IMG/VR virus record: IMGVR_UViG_3300021197_001150
Location: 1-55,723 of that record
Strand: one strand, 5' to 3'
Source: a virus
Taxonomy: Duplodnaviria; Caudoviricetes
Length of the DNA stretch: 55,723 nucleotides
In this document: positions 7,039 to 17,217 of the stretch, piece by piece
Numbering within the stretch: position 1 is the stretch's first letter
Layout: each line of letters opens with the position of its first letter
The notes under the pieces: model-generated
The model's database searches: none
Seen by the model: the letters and a program-made list of their open reading frames with translations, nothing else
Told to the model about the DNA's origin: nothing
Translations under genes and position numbers: made by a program

Positions 7039-7415
7039 GACAGTTTGTAGTAGATAGTTGGAACAGTGTTATGGATATGGAACACAATCCGTTAAAGAAC
7101 ATTCCTGACTTGATGGTTAGACACATGGTTATGCAGATTTTAGCATTCATGTGGTCAAGTGTATTTGCTATTATGGTTATTAATAGTATTACGGCATTTA
7201 TGTATAGTGCCATTGGACACGTAATTTTTGTTGCCGCAGTTGTTATTACTGTTGCTACATTTAAAGTTGCAGAAACCAACCCAGGTGCATTTAGGTTTAA
7301 GAATGGGTATCATTCACATGGTAGAGGTAGAAATTATACTATCTATCGTGACAAGAATGGTATTGCACATAAGGTGCCATTGGATCCAAATGATCCTGGT
7401 GGGGAACACGAATAG
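7035..7415 (+). CDS. Membrane protein, hypothetical
   Basis: Two TM segments; ATGA coupling. Confidence 0.7.
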   Translation: MRQFVVDSWNSVMDMEHNPLKNIPDLMVRHMVMQILAFMWSSVFAIMVINSITAFMYSAIGHVIFVAAVVITVATFKVAETNPGAFRFKNGYHSHGRGRNYTIYRDKNGIAHKVPLDPNDPGGEHE

Positions 7416-7423
7416 GAGTAAGT

Positions 7424-7654
7424 ATGAAAATAGTAAACAAAGATCCGGGTGATGGTCACTTTGCGGTCAGTATTGTAAAAAGTATTTTTAGATTTGTAGC
7501 ATCAGGTTTACTTGCCTGGGCAGGATATAACTTGTGGACAGGTGAAATGATGTATACAGATTTTTTTGTAACTGAAGTAGGGTTTCTAATGATGTTGTCA
7601 GGTATAATGTTATTCCTTGCTGAAGTACTTGGTATTGTAGAGGAGATAGTATAA
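7424..7654 (+). CDS. Membrane protein, hypothetical
   Basis: Two TM segments, ends AEVLGIVEEIV; SD AGGAG. Confidence 0.7.
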   Translation: MKIVNKDPGDGHFAVSIVKSIFRFVASGLLAWAGYNLWTGEMMYTDFFVTEVGFLMMLSGIMLFLAEVLGIVEEIV

Positions 7655-7842
7655 TGAAAGAAGGTCCAATGAAGCAACACGTTGAACGTGACACTGAAGG
7701 TATGGTAAAAGCAGAGTATACCACATACACAATGAAAGATGGTATGTTCATCAAAGAAACTTCAGTACGTAACTTCCAAAAGAATGGTGACTATCACGAT
7801 TCGTTTTATAGCGATCCATTAGTTAGCCTTAAACCAGAGTAG
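7654..7842 (+). CDS. Hypothetical protein
   Basis: TAATG-coupled ORF with GAGGAG upstream. Confidence 0.65.
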   Translation: MKEGPMKQHVERDTEGMVKAEYTTYTMKDGMFIKETSVRNFQKNGDYHDSFYSDPLVSLKPE

Positions 7843-7846
7843 TCGT

Positions 7847-8071
7847 ATGAGAGTGGACGACAATACATGGCCCGACATCTCATTTGCCCCCAAAATCAAT
7901 CCTTGGAAATCCTTTGTTCAAGAGATTTGGATGAAGCATAAAGATGAGATCATGGAGTGGGAACAACGCCAAGTTGATTACACTTTACAAGATTATTATC
8001 TACAACATAAATGGTTTTTACGAAGACTGTTTAGAGCCGAAGGTGGTAAAGTAAACACCGAACAAGAATAG
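7847..8071 (+). CDS. Hypothetical protein
   Basis: In-operon ORF. Confidence 0.65.
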   Translation: MRVDDNTWPDISFAPKINPWKSFVQEIWMKHKDEIMEWEQRQVDYTLQDYYLQHKWFLRRLFRAEGGKVNTEQE

Positions 8072-8141
8072 TTATAAGCCATTTTTGCTTGACTTTTAAT
8101 TATTAGACTATATAATATACAAAACGTGAGGAGATTTACAA

Positions 8142-9446
8142 ATGGCATTGACCGCCCTAAAAGGAAAAACATCGAGAAGGAAGAAGCCTGTTCGCAGACA
8201 AAAGAGTGTTACAGGTGAGGTGTTGTGGACGGAAGAAGAACTAAAGGACTGCACTCCAGAGAACTTCGGCAGAAAGTCAACCAGAGCATTAGACTATTAT
8301 CGATTAGAATGTAAAGGAACAGACTTTAAACGTTGGACTCTTGAATACATGGAGAAGAGCGATAAGTGGCGTCAGTCTGTAGACAGTTTTAAAAAGGTTC
8401 CTGAAAACCGCTTTAACAGTACACTTGGTGGTATGTGTAGAATGATACAGTTAGGTAGACCTAACGTCAATGAAGCATACAATAAGTATTGGGAAAGTTT
8501 ACCAGGTACAATGGGTACTCCTAAACCATTGAATGTTAGTATTGATGTTTGGCTCGGTGAACTGCAATTTAAAGCACAAGCATTCGCAACTGAAGAAGCA
8601 GAAGCAAAAGCAGAAGAAGAAAAAAAGAAAAAAGCACACCAGCCTACTATACAAGAACGTATCTGGGCACAGATGTGTATTATGGACGACAAGCCACAGG
8701 GTTGGTTAGATGAATGGTCTGATGATCCATTGAAGTTTAACCCTAAAGGTTTTGACTTTAAAAAGCATTTTTATGAATTTAAAGTAACACAGGCTCATGC
8801 AAGAAAAATAAAAGAGTGTTACTTGCCTGAGATTAAAGAACTTAATGAAGTACTTGATCCACCTAAACTACCTGCAGACGCAACCGATCAAGAAAAGGAT
8901 TGGGCTTCGCAGTTAAAAGAAGGTTATGCAATCTTTACTAAGAATGATATTAAGAAGAAACTACAGGCACTGAATGCGTATATGGGTGCATTAGACGTAG
9001 TTATCGAAACTGCTAAGGCCACACGTAAGCCTCGTAAGAAACGTTCAATTAGCAAAGAGAAACTAATTGCTAAACTTAAATTTGCACTTAACGATAGTAA
9101 GTTTGCATTAGCAAGTATCAACCCTATTGAGATTCCAGGCTGTAACGAACTTTGGGTGTTTAATACTAAGACACGTAAACTTGGAAAATATATTGCTAAA
9201 ACTATTGACCCATTAGGACAAGAACGTGAAGGTACTGGCCTAAGTATAAAAGGAACTACTATTACACAGTTCAATGAAGAAACCAGCATACAAAAGACTT
9301 TACGTAAGCCAGACGAAAAACTAAAAGAGTTTAAAGACACTGGTAAACGTAAGTTACCTGAATTCTTAGATACTATTAATGCAGTGGATATTAAACTTAA
9401 TGGTAGGATTAATCCGGACACTATACTTCTAAAGGCAGTTAGATAA
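8142..9446 (+). CDS. Hypothetical basic phage protein (434 aa)
   Basis: Long ORF, SD GAGGAG, upstream TTGACT...TATAAT promoter (8089-8116). Confidence 0.8.
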   Translation: MALTALKGKTSRRKKPVRRQKSVTGEVLWTEEELKDCTPENFGRKSTRALDYYRLECKGTDFKRWTLEYMEKSDKWRQSVDSFKKVPENRFNSTLGGMCRMIQLGRPNVNEAYNKYWESLPGTMGTPKPLNVSIDVWLGELQFKAQAFATEEAEAKAEEEKKKKAHQPTIQERIWAQMCIMDDKPQGWLDEWSDDPLKFNPKGFDFKKHFYEFKVTQAHARKIKECYLPEIKELNEVLDPPKLPADATDQEKDWASQLKEGYAIFTKNDIKKKLQALNAYMGALDVVIETAKATRKPRKKRSISKEKLIAKLKFALNDSKFALASINPIEIPGCNELWVFNTKTRKLGKYIAKTIDPLGQEREGTGLSIKGTTITQFNEETSIQKTLRKPDEKLKEFKDTGKRKLPEFLDTINAVDIKLNGRINPDTILLKAVR

Positions 9447-9454
9447 ATACTATT

Positions 9455-10582
9455 ATGCAATATAGTGACATAGATAATAACGAAATTACAAAGATAAAAC
9501 AGGGGCTAATCGAACTTGGCAATAGTATTGAGATCATTGCCGGTAGAGTTGTACCTGTTCAAAGAATTGAAGATCGCCAACTGACTGGTAATGCTATTCA
9601 GGGTGGTAAGATTACACAATTCAGAAGTACTGGTATTACTGACCAAGCAAACAAAACTGTTTTGCTTGTAGATAATACAGGTGTTACTACAGACACTATA
9701 TCTGTAAAGACACTTGAAGGTGACGTTGCACTTAATGGCAACATGAAAGTTGATGGACACCTTGAAGTAAACAGCCTACACGTAAATGAATTAACTGCTG
9801 ACGTTAGACAAGAGCGAAGCAGTTCATTAACATTTGATACACAAAATGGTAACTCACCAATAGGCAAAGGCTTAGTCTGGCAAGACGGCGACAATGCTAA
9901 ATCATTTATACTACAAACAAATCCAGATAGACTCTGGAGTAGTAACACTGTCGACTTGCATAGAGAAGCAAACTACTCAATTGATAACGTACCTGTAATT
10001 ACTGCAACATCATTAGGTGAAACAGTTCTAAGTTCTAAACTTAGATCAGTTGGCAGACTACAAGGATTAACTGTTGACGGAGACTTAAACATAGATGATT
10101 TTGTTTTCTGGGACAGTGGAGCAATGCGTATGTCAATTGGAACAGAATCACCGAACGGACAATTAAGTATTAGTAGTGAAGTTACAGAATTTATTGTTGA
10201 ACCAGAATATGAAACAGTAAAAGTTGGAACTTACAGTACAAGTGAATTAAAAATTATCACTGATAATACAACACGGATTGGAATATCACCATACGGACAT
10301 GTAACAATGGGTTCAGCAGAAAACACTGAAACTAAGATTAGCATGTTTGGTAAAGTAGGTATTGGCGTAGCAAATCCAAGTGCTAACTTTGAAGTAGCAG
10401 GTCCTATTAAGTTTGAAGGGAAGAAGTTTGCAACAGGTAATGACGCTCCACAAGACGGATTATGGAAAACAGGCGACATTATTTGGAACAATACACCAGA
10501 AGCGGGTGGTTGGATAGGCTGGATTTGTGTACGCGAAGGAACCCCAGGACTATGGAAACCATTCGGTAATATCGAAGGGTAG
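9455..10582 (+). CDS. Putative virion structural/tail fiber-like protein
   Basis: beta-rich, GKVGIGVANPSANFEVAG fiber motif, C-terminal GDIIWN...GWICV...PGLWKPFG; GATAAATA late promoter. Confidence 0.65.
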   Translation: MQYSDIDNNEITKIKQGLIELGNSIEIIAGRVVPVQRIEDRQLTGNAIQGGKITQFRSTGITDQANKTVLLVDNTGVTTDTISVKTLEGDVALNGNMKVDGHLEVNSLHVNELTADVRQERSSSLTFDTQNGNSPIGKGLVWQDGDNAKSFILQTNPDRLWSSNTVDLHREANYSIDNVPVITATSLGETVLSSKLRSVGRLQGLTVDGDLNIDDFVFWDSGAMRMSIGTESPNGQLSISSEVTEFIVEPEYETVKVGTYSTSELKIITDNTTRIGISPYGHVTMGSAENTETKISMFGKVGIGVANPSANFEVAGPIKFEGKKFATGNDAPQDGLWKTGDIIWNNTPEAGGWIGWICVREGTPGLWKPFGNIEG

Positions 10583-10585
10583 TCC

Positions 10586-10885
10586 ATGAAAAATAATAAA
10601 TTAAAAAGACAGGTTAAAGCCTGGAGTTGGATAGGTAAGGTTCTACCTTTAAGTACCCTGTTCGCAGTAGTATTAATAATTGTATTTGATTTTCAAACAG
10701 CATTAGAATGGACCATTGGTAGTATTGCTATAGCATTTGGCGTAGTAGCATTTACTTGGTGGTGGTGGGTAATTTACGCAGTTAAAGAACTTAACCAGTT
10801 ACTATCAACTACAACAGAACGTTTTGAGCAAGTGATGAAAGACATCAGAGATCTTAAAGACGACTTCCGTAAAAATAAAAAATAA
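10586..10885 (+). CDS. Membrane protein with C-terminal coiled coil
   Basis: Two TM helices then heptad pattern. Confidence 0.65.
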   Translation: MKNNKLKRQVKAWSWIGKVLPLSTLFAVVLIIVFDFQTALEWTIGSIAIAFGVVAFTWWWWVIYAVKELNQLLSTTTERFEQVMKDIRDLKDDFRKNKK

Positions 10886-10887
10886 TA

Positions 10888-13800
10888 TTACGCTATTACT
10901 GCGTTTTGAACTGCAATTGGCAACCAACCGTTAGCACCGTATATCAATGTAACACTATCGTGTACAGCATCAAATGTAATAGTTGTTCCATTTGCAAGTG
11001 TAGTTGGAGTAACTGTTGCATCACCGCCATCTACTACCATACTAATAATTTTCATTTGTCCTAATGCGCCGTTTGCCAGTGTGTATGCATCTGCGCCAGT
11101 AGTTGTAATTTCTGTGTGTAGTGTTGTTAGGTTAATTACACCTGGTCCACTAATAGTTTGTCTACTACCAGTAAAGGCACCTGCCGCTGTTAACGGACCA
11201 GATATAATTACTTCACCTGAAATTGATCCAGGTTCAATAGTAATATCTCCAGCCGCTCCAGCACCCTGTTGTATCTTAGTTGTTGATACATAATGAGAAG
11301 TACTTACAGATATTGGTCTGTCAACTGAGATCCAATTTTGAGTGTCATCAAAGTAGAACATTCTCGTACCGTCTTCGTTGTTAAACTCTAATCTGTTATT
11401 GTTATTTGTAATGGTTCCTGCTAAAGTGGCACCATCATCACTGTAAAATGCTAAATCACCATTGATCTGAGTATCAACTAAACTTAATGATCCATCTACC
11501 TGTTGACGATAAATTTCCCAAGTATTAGTATGTGTTCTATAGAATGTGTATTCATATATGTTTAATGAACTTATTGCACTTGAAACAGCACCTAAATCTG
11601 TTGGTGTCTGTGTAACACCATTAACTTCTATCGTAGGAATATAAGCAGTACCACCTTGTAGGATATGTATTCTTACACGTCTTACTCTTTGTGTGCTTGT
11701 TTCAAGTCCTGTAAAGTTTGCAACAAGAGCACCACTTGGTGCGTTCCAATAAACGTTCGGTGTGTCAGTTGTATCAATTTCATATGTTCCAGTTGATACG
11801 TTTGTGTACAACATTTTTTCTTGGGCACCTGGACTTGAACGTAATTCTCTTTCAAGTGTTACTGGACTTGCTATTGCAAAAGGTTGTGCCGCATTGGCTA
11901 CATTAGAAAGTTTACCATTAACGTCTACACCCACACCACTATTAAATGCAATGCTTGTATCTGATACAATCGTTAATGCACCTGTTCTGTTTATGTTTGC
12001 ATTTACTTCACCAACTATCTGATTGGCCGTAGCATCAATTAACTGTGATGTACCGTTTGTTCCGTATGCATCACTCATCATCTTGAAGCCTGTGATGTTT
12101 CCGTTAGTAATAGTACCTATGGTGTCAGTAAAGTTACCTGCTTCAAGATTAGCAGTTGTAACCTGAGCATTATTAACTTCACCTATGACAGTTCCGTTGT
12201 TGTCAATTATAGTAGTTGAGTCTGGTCCATATACTGAACCTGTCAAGTCTCCTACAAACCCAGCAGTGCCTTGAATAACTGTGTTTACAGGACTGTTGAT
12301 GTTAATACCGTTTACTGCTGAGAGTGTTAAGGCTTCGCCAGCATCAATAAGTGTATTACCAAAATCACTGTAATAGTATGCGTCATTTCCTGAATTTACA
12401 GTTAGATCGTAAGGATTAGAAGACTCTATATTAAGAGTATTACCAGATACTATAGAAATAGTACCTGCACCTAATGTAAATGCATCAGTACCTCTGTTAA
12501 TGTTAGCATCAACAGTACCATATATAATTCCGTTAATAGCATCAACAAGTAATGTACTATCGTCTGAATAAAGTGAACCAGTTAAGTCGCCATCAAATGT
12601 TCCTTGTAGATGTCCGTGGAACGTATTAGCATAAACATTATCATATGGCTCACTGCCTCTACCAATGTCATTTACTCCTAAAGGAGCAAGGTCACGTGTT
12701 CTTACTGTACCAGTACCGCTTTCAGTTCTTAGTACAGGATTATCTGTAATCTCAATTATTTCATAGTATGCTTGAAGTTCAAGTGTAATAGTTCCTGTGT
12801 TACCTGAGATAGTGTACACAACTCTATATTGACCACCACTGTTATCTGCTTCATTGTATAGGTTTGAGAATTCGTATGGTACACCTGCTACACCTGAAAC
12901 TGTATCAAGTGTTGTCCAAGTAACACCGTTGAATCTTTGTATACTTGCCGATACTGCTGTTGCGGCTGTTCCACTATCTAATTGGTAACCTACTGTATAT
13001 TGCAGTACACCTTTAGATGGTTTACTGTTAAATGTAAATGTCTTTGTAATAGTGTTAGATGTAATTTCTTTTTGATCTATTGCAAGTCTAAGTGCATTGC
13101 CTACTGTACCAGTACCTAAAAATTCTGATGTTGGAGAAACAAATCCATCTTCAGTTGTATTACTTGTAATGTTTCCAACTTCAATATCTTGTATGTAAAG
13201 TTGATTAGTAGTAATAGCATTTCTTTTTGTTACAGTGTGTAATGTGTCTATTTCCGCTACTGCAAAAGAACCAATTTCAATTTCGTTTGCGTTCTTTCTT
13301 GTTAGTTGTATTCCGCCTGCCGCTGATAATTCAACATGAGTTGTTGCGGCATTTACATCTGTTAATTCTATCTTTGTTGTACCTGGTGGTACATCTAAAC
13401 TGTAGTTAACGTCAATCATCATAATGTCGTCGCCAGCAGTAGTTGTTATAGTACCGCCTTGTCCAACGTTGTCATGTGATCCGTAATAAAATGTTGTTGG
13501 TGATGAATCGTTTAATTCAATTTTTACTTGTCGAGTAGTTGCACTTGTAAATCCAAGTTTGTAATTGGCCTTAGTTACTGATACATCATCAAGCAAGTAA
13601 GTTACACCTGTTGTATATTCTTCTCCGCTAATAGCACCACTTACAGCACCGTCGGCTGTATTACTAAACACAAGTGGACTTAGGTATCCGCCATATGATG
13701 CATTAGTGGCATCACTTTGATCGAATGTATATGTACTACCTCTTGCTAAGGTAAGTGGTTTTTGTTCTACACCATCAAGGTAGTAAGCACCCATTGCCAA

Positions 13801-14001
13801 TCCGCCGCCTGTATCAAAACCTACTGTAACGGTTATAGTTGCACCTGGATTAACTGTTGGGACGTTCCAACTAACTCCATCACCTCTACGAATCGTTAAA
13901 CTATCATTAACATTGTCTGCTTCAAGTCGTTGTTCGAGAGTTGACCCATCGGGTGAATAAAGTTTGATGTATCTAAATATATCGTAAATTGCTGTCGGCA
14001 T
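10888..14001 (-). CDS. Large virion structural / tail fiber protein
   Basis: 1037 aa, Thr/Gly-rich; RGSTYTFDQSD module, GDLTGS(L/V)Y..DST repeats shared with the 26590 fiber; minus-strand TAAATA upstream. Confidence 0.75.
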   Translation of the reverse strand: MPTAIYDIFRYIKLYSPDGSTLEQRLEADNVNDSLTIRRGDGVSWNVPTVNPGATITVTVGFDTGGGLAMGAYYLDGVEQKPLTLARGSTYTFDQSDATNASYGGYLSPLVFSNTADGAVSGAISGEEYTTGVTYLLDDVSVTKANYKLGFTSATTRQVKIELNDSSPTTFYYGSHDNVGQGGTITTTAGDDIMMIDVNYSLDVPPGTTKIELTDVNAATTHVELSAAGGIQLTRKNANEIEIGSFAVAEIDTLHTVTKRNAITTNQLYIQDIEVGNITSNTTEDGFVSPTSEFLGTGTVGNALRLAIDQKEITSNTITKTFTFNSKPSKGVLQYTVGYQLDSGTAATAVSASIQRFNGVTWTTLDTVSGVAGVPYEFSNLYNEADNSGGQYRVVYTISGNTGTITLELQAYYEIIEITDNPVLRTESGTGTVRTRDLAPLGVNDIGRGSEPYDNVYANTFHGHLQGTFDGDLTGSLYSDDSTLLVDAINGIIYGTVDANINRGTDAFTLGAGTISIVSGNTLNIESSNPYDLTVNSGNDAYYYSDFGNTLIDAGEALTLSAVNGININSPVNTVIQGTAGFVGDLTGSVYGPDSTTIIDNNGTVIGEVNNAQVTTANLEAGNFTDTIGTITNGNITGFKMMSDAYGTNGTSQLIDATANQIVGEVNANINRTGALTIVSDTSIAFNSGVGVDVNGKLSNVANAAQPFAIASPVTLERELRSSPGAQEKMLYTNVSTGTYEIDTTDTPNVYWNAPSGALVANFTGLETSTQRVRRVRIHILQGGTAYIPTIEVNGVTQTPTDLGAVSSAISSLNIYEYTFYRTHTNTWEIYRQQVDGSLSLVDTQINGDLAFYSDDGATLAGTITNNNNRLEFNNEDGTRMFYFDDTQNWISVDRPISVSTSHYVSTTKIQQGAGAAGDITIEPGSISGEVIISGPLTAAGAFTGSRQTISGPGVINLTTLHTEITTTGADAYTLANGALGQMKIISMVVDGGDATVTPTTLANGTTITFDAVHDSVTLIYGANGWLPIAVQNAVIA

Positions 14002-14045
14002 TTCAGTATTGTTCCTATTAACAGTAGTATTTATTAAATAATTGC

Positions 14046-14645
14046 ATGTTAGTAGTAGGCAACGGAGAAAGCCGTAGAGGCATCGTATTAGACCACTTAA
14101 TGGTTCCTAAAGTAGGCTGTAATGCTATCTTTAGAGAAGCAAAAGTGCTTCATATTGTGTGTTGTGACCAACGCATGGCCCAAGAAGCAGTCAATAACTT
14201 TGTAAACTTAAAGTCGGGTATCTGGACACGCTTAGATTGGTTAGAACATTTTAGAGGAAAACACAATGTAAATTGTGTTCCTGGACTATGGTATGCAACT
14301 GATGAAAAACGTGATCAACCTTTCCATTGGGGAAGTGGATCGTATGCAGTATTAATTGCTTGTATGCAATCTGAACACAATGATACTGTTGACTTATTAG
14401 GTTTTGACTTGTATGGTATTGATAACAAAGTAAACAATATGTTCAAAGGCTCACGTAACTATGCAGATGCAGATTCAAAAGAAATTGACCCTTCTTTTTG
14501 GATACATCAAATAGGCAAAGTTATGGAACACTACTCTGCTAAGAAGTTTAGAGTATTCAATAAAGAAGGTTGGCAAATGCCTGATAAATGGAAACTTAAT
14601 AACGTAGAATTTTACAACATTGAGGAACTTGAGAATGTCCTATAA
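14046..14645 (+). CDS. Hypothetical protein, possibly glycosyltransferase-like Rossmann fold
   Basis: VVGNGESR, GCNAI, LLGFDLYG motifs. Confidence 0.5.
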   Translation: MLVVGNGESRRGIVLDHLMVPKVGCNAIFREAKVLHIVCCDQRMAQEAVNNFVNLKSGIWTRLDWLEHFRGKHNVNCVPGLWYATDEKRDQPFHWGSGSYAVLIACMQSEHNDTVDLLGFDLYGIDNKVNNMFKGSRNYADADSKEIDPSFWIHQIGKVMEHYSAKKFRVFNKEGWQMPDKWKLNNVEFYNIEELENVL

Positions 14646-15279
14646 TCAAGAAGACCTTGCACTATTTCCTACACTTGTAAGTGCATTTGATCTAAGCGGT
14701 CATTCACAGATACAAACATGTCTTGATATAATTGAAAAAGCCGAAACTGGCGACCATGCATTAATACTTGGTGGCAAAAGTAGTTTTATTAAAGGCGACG
14801 AAGAATTTTTATTTAACTCTGAACTTACAAAATTAAGAACTGATATCCAAAACTGTATTGACAGTTATGCAAAAACCGCAGGACTTGAACCAACTATTTT
14901 AGGAACAAGTTGGTTTAACATAATGGCCGAAGGTGGACAAGTTGATAAGCATAGACACGAAGGTAGTGTTGTTAGTGGAGCATTTTATCCACATGTTGAA
15001 GACGATAGTTGTCCATTAATTTTTGAATCGCCGTTAAGACCTTTGAGAATGAATGATGTATTTGATGCACAAAATTCATTCAGTAGTTACTTTGCAAGTT
15101 GCAAACCAAGATCGGGATTACTATTAATATTTCCAAGTTGGCTTGAACATAAGACTGATCCAAATACTTCAACAAAACGAATTACAGTAAGTTTCAATAC
15201 TATGCGTAAGAATTTGATTCCGCTTGTTGCCGCGAAGATGCACCATTATGGTAATTTTCCGGTTGACAAGGGTAATTAA
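14635..15279 (+). CDS. 2OG-Fe(II) oxygenase (TIGR02466-like)
   Basis: HRHEGSVVSGAFY, LLIFPSWLEH, RITVSFN. Confidence 0.85.
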   Translation: MSYNQEDLALFPTLVSAFDLSGHSQIQTCLDIIEKAETGDHALILGGKSSFIKGDEEFLFNSELTKLRTDIQNCIDSYAKTAGLEPTILGTSWFNIMAEGGQVDKHRHEGSVVSGAFYPHVEDDSCPLIFESPLRPLRMNDVFDAQNSFSSYFASCKPRSGLLLIFPSWLEHKTDPNTSTKRITVSFNTMRKNLIPLVAAKMHHYGNFPVDKGN

Positions 15280-15291
15280 TTATTGTATAAT
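15263..15291 (+). promoter_or_regulatory. Sigma70-type promoter for queD operon
   Basis: TTGACA-17nt-TATAAT with TG extension. Confidence 0.85.
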
Positions 15292-15305
15292 TAATACATG
15301 AATAA

Positions 15306-15348
15306 AGAGGACTTAAAGACGTCGACCCTCTCTAAATACTCCGCCGTT
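15306..15348 (+). ncRNA. Candidate preQ1-I-like riboswitch variant
   Basis: AGAGG/CCTCT stem, loop ending AC, A-rich tail then CT, in 5'UTR of queD; deviates from consensus. Confidence 0.4.
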
Positions 15349-15367
15349 ACACATATAGGAGAAGATA

Positions 15368-15817
15368 ATGGGAAAACATTATAGCACAAAACATTACGGA
15401 CATAACATTGGGTTGAGTGCCGTCTTTAGACAACCAAACGCAGATCATTCACACTGTCATTTGTTACATGGATATTCATTAGCATTTACATTTACTTTTG
15501 GTTGCGATGAATTAGATAACAAAAATTGGGCAGTTGACTTTGGAGGATTAAAACCTTTGAAAGCATGGCTTGAAGACAGTTTTGATCATAAGACTTGTGT
15601 TGATATTAATGATCCGCACAAACAAGATTTTTATGATTTACAAGATAAAGACTTGTGTGAAGTAAGAGAGTTTGATGGTGTAGGTGCAGAGAAGTTTGCC
15701 GAACACGCCTTTAACTTTGCAGACAAACTTATAAGAGAAAAAACAGATAACAGATGTTATGTTATAAAAGTTGAGTGTGCAGAACACGGTGCCAATTCAG
15801 CAATCTACGAAGGATAA
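15368..15817 (+). CDS. queD: 6-carboxy-5,6,7,8-tetrahydropterin synthase QueD
   Basis: HCHLLHGYS, VDFG, FDHK, AE motif of the PTPS/QueD family. Confidence 0.88.
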   Translation: MGKHYSTKHYGHNIGLSAVFRQPNADHSHCHLLHGYSLAFTFTFGCDELDNKNWAVDFGGLKPLKAWLEDSFDHKTCVDINDPHKQDFYDLQDKDLCEVREFDGVGAEKFAEHAFNFADKLIREKTDNRCYVIKVECAEHGANSAIYEG

Positions 15818-15820
15818 CTA

Positions 15821-16519
15821 ATGAAGAACTATGTTGTATGCCTAAAGTGGGGCGACAAGTATAGTGCAGATTATGTTAACGTGTTAGCCAATATGGTAGC
15901 ACGTAATACCACAGTACCTTACGAGTTTGTTTGCTTTACAGATAACAGTAATGGTATTCAAGCAGGTGTAAGAGTATTGCCACTACCTAACTTACCAATA
16001 ACAGGTTGGTGGTACAAACCTTACTTCTTTTGCCCACAACTTCCAATCAAAGGTAATTTACTTTACTTTGATCTTGATGTTATTATTTTTAATAACATTG
16101 ACAATCTCTTTACGTACAATCCAGATTATTTTTGTATTATAAGAGACTTCAATAGACACCTTAGACCAGACTGGAAGAAGATGAATAGCAGTGTGTTTAG
16201 ATTACGATCCGGAACACAAGAACATGTATGGACGCAGTTTGAAAAAGATAACTTTGTAGTTACTAAAAGATTACACGGAGACCAAGATTGGATTTTCAAT
16301 CAAGTACGTGATACTTTTTGTTTCTGGCCAGATGAATGGATACAAAGTTACAAATGGGAAATGCGTAACAAGCCGCCAATGAGTAGAATCAATGGTGTTC
16401 GAAACTTTAACGTACCTGGCGAACCTATTATAAAACCTGAAACAAGTGTAGCAGTGTTTCACGGAGAACCACACCCTCACAATAGTGTCGACCAATGGTG
16501 CAAGGACAACTGGAAATAA
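15821..16519 (+). CDS. Glycosyltransferase (GT-A fold)
   Basis: CLKWGDKY, YFDLDVII (DxD), NSSV, GDQDW, VFHGEPHP. Confidence 0.8.
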   Translation: MKNYVVCLKWGDKYSADYVNVLANMVARNTTVPYEFVCFTDNSNGIQAGVRVLPLPNLPITGWWYKPYFFCPQLPIKGNLLYFDLDVIIFNNIDNLFTYNPDYFCIIRDFNRHLRPDWKKMNSSVFRLRSGTQEHVWTQFEKDNFVVTKRLHGDQDWIFNQVRDTFCFWPDEWIQSYKWEMRNKPPMSRINGVRNFNVPGEPIIKPETSVAVFHGEPHPHNSVDQWCKDNWK

Positions 16520-17217
16520 TGAAATTTGTTTTTGACGTAGATGGAACTCTTACCCCCAGCCGCTCTCCTATTAATAAAGAATTTGAAGAATGGTTTTATA
16601 ACTTTACTAATAGACACAAAGTCTATCTTGTTACAGGTAGCGACTATGAAAAAACTATAGAGCAATTAGGCGAACGTATATGCGAGTCTGTTGATACTGT
16701 TTATAATTGTAGTGGTAGCAGTGTATGGAAACAAGGTAAAAATGTTTATAATAATGATTGGCATTTGCCAATAACTGAAAGATCATTTTTATTGCAGTGC
16801 TTATCTAAAAGTAAATTTGTATTGCGTACAGGATTACACATTGAAGAACGTAAAGGTATGATTAACTTTAGTGTTGTAGGTCGTAATGCTACATTAGGTG
16901 AACGTAAATTATACGTCAAGTGGGACACTGAACAGAAAGAGCGTAATCGAATTGCGTCAGAGTTTAATAGTATGTTTCCTAATTTGGTTGCAACCGTAGG
17001 AGGTGACACTGGTATAGACATTAGTCCTCGTGGCAGTGATAAAAGCCAAATACTAAGAGATTTTGATAAAGAAGAAATTGTATTTTTTGGAGATGCCATG
17101 TACGAAGGCGGTAACGACTATCCGTTGGCAAAAGCAATACTTGACAACTGTATAGGAAGATGTTATACTGTTAACAGTTGGAATAGAACATGGGATATAT
17201 TAAAAGATTATGATTAA
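16519..17217 (+). CDS. HAD-IIB phosphomannomutase (eukaryote-type PMM family)
   Basis: FDVDGTLT, VTGSD, INFSVVGR, FFGDAMYEGGNDY. Confidence 0.85.
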   Translation: MKFVFDVDGTLTPSRSPINKEFEEWFYNFTNRHKVYLVTGSDYEKTIEQLGERICESVDTVYNCSGSSVWKQGKNVYNNDWHLPITERSFLLQCLSKSKFVLRTGLHIEERKGMINFSVVGRNATLGERKLYVKWDTEQKERNRIASEFNSMFPNLVATVGGDTGIDISPRGSDKSQILRDFDKEEIVFFGDAMYEGGNDYPLAKAILDNCIGRCYTVNSWNRTWDILKDYD

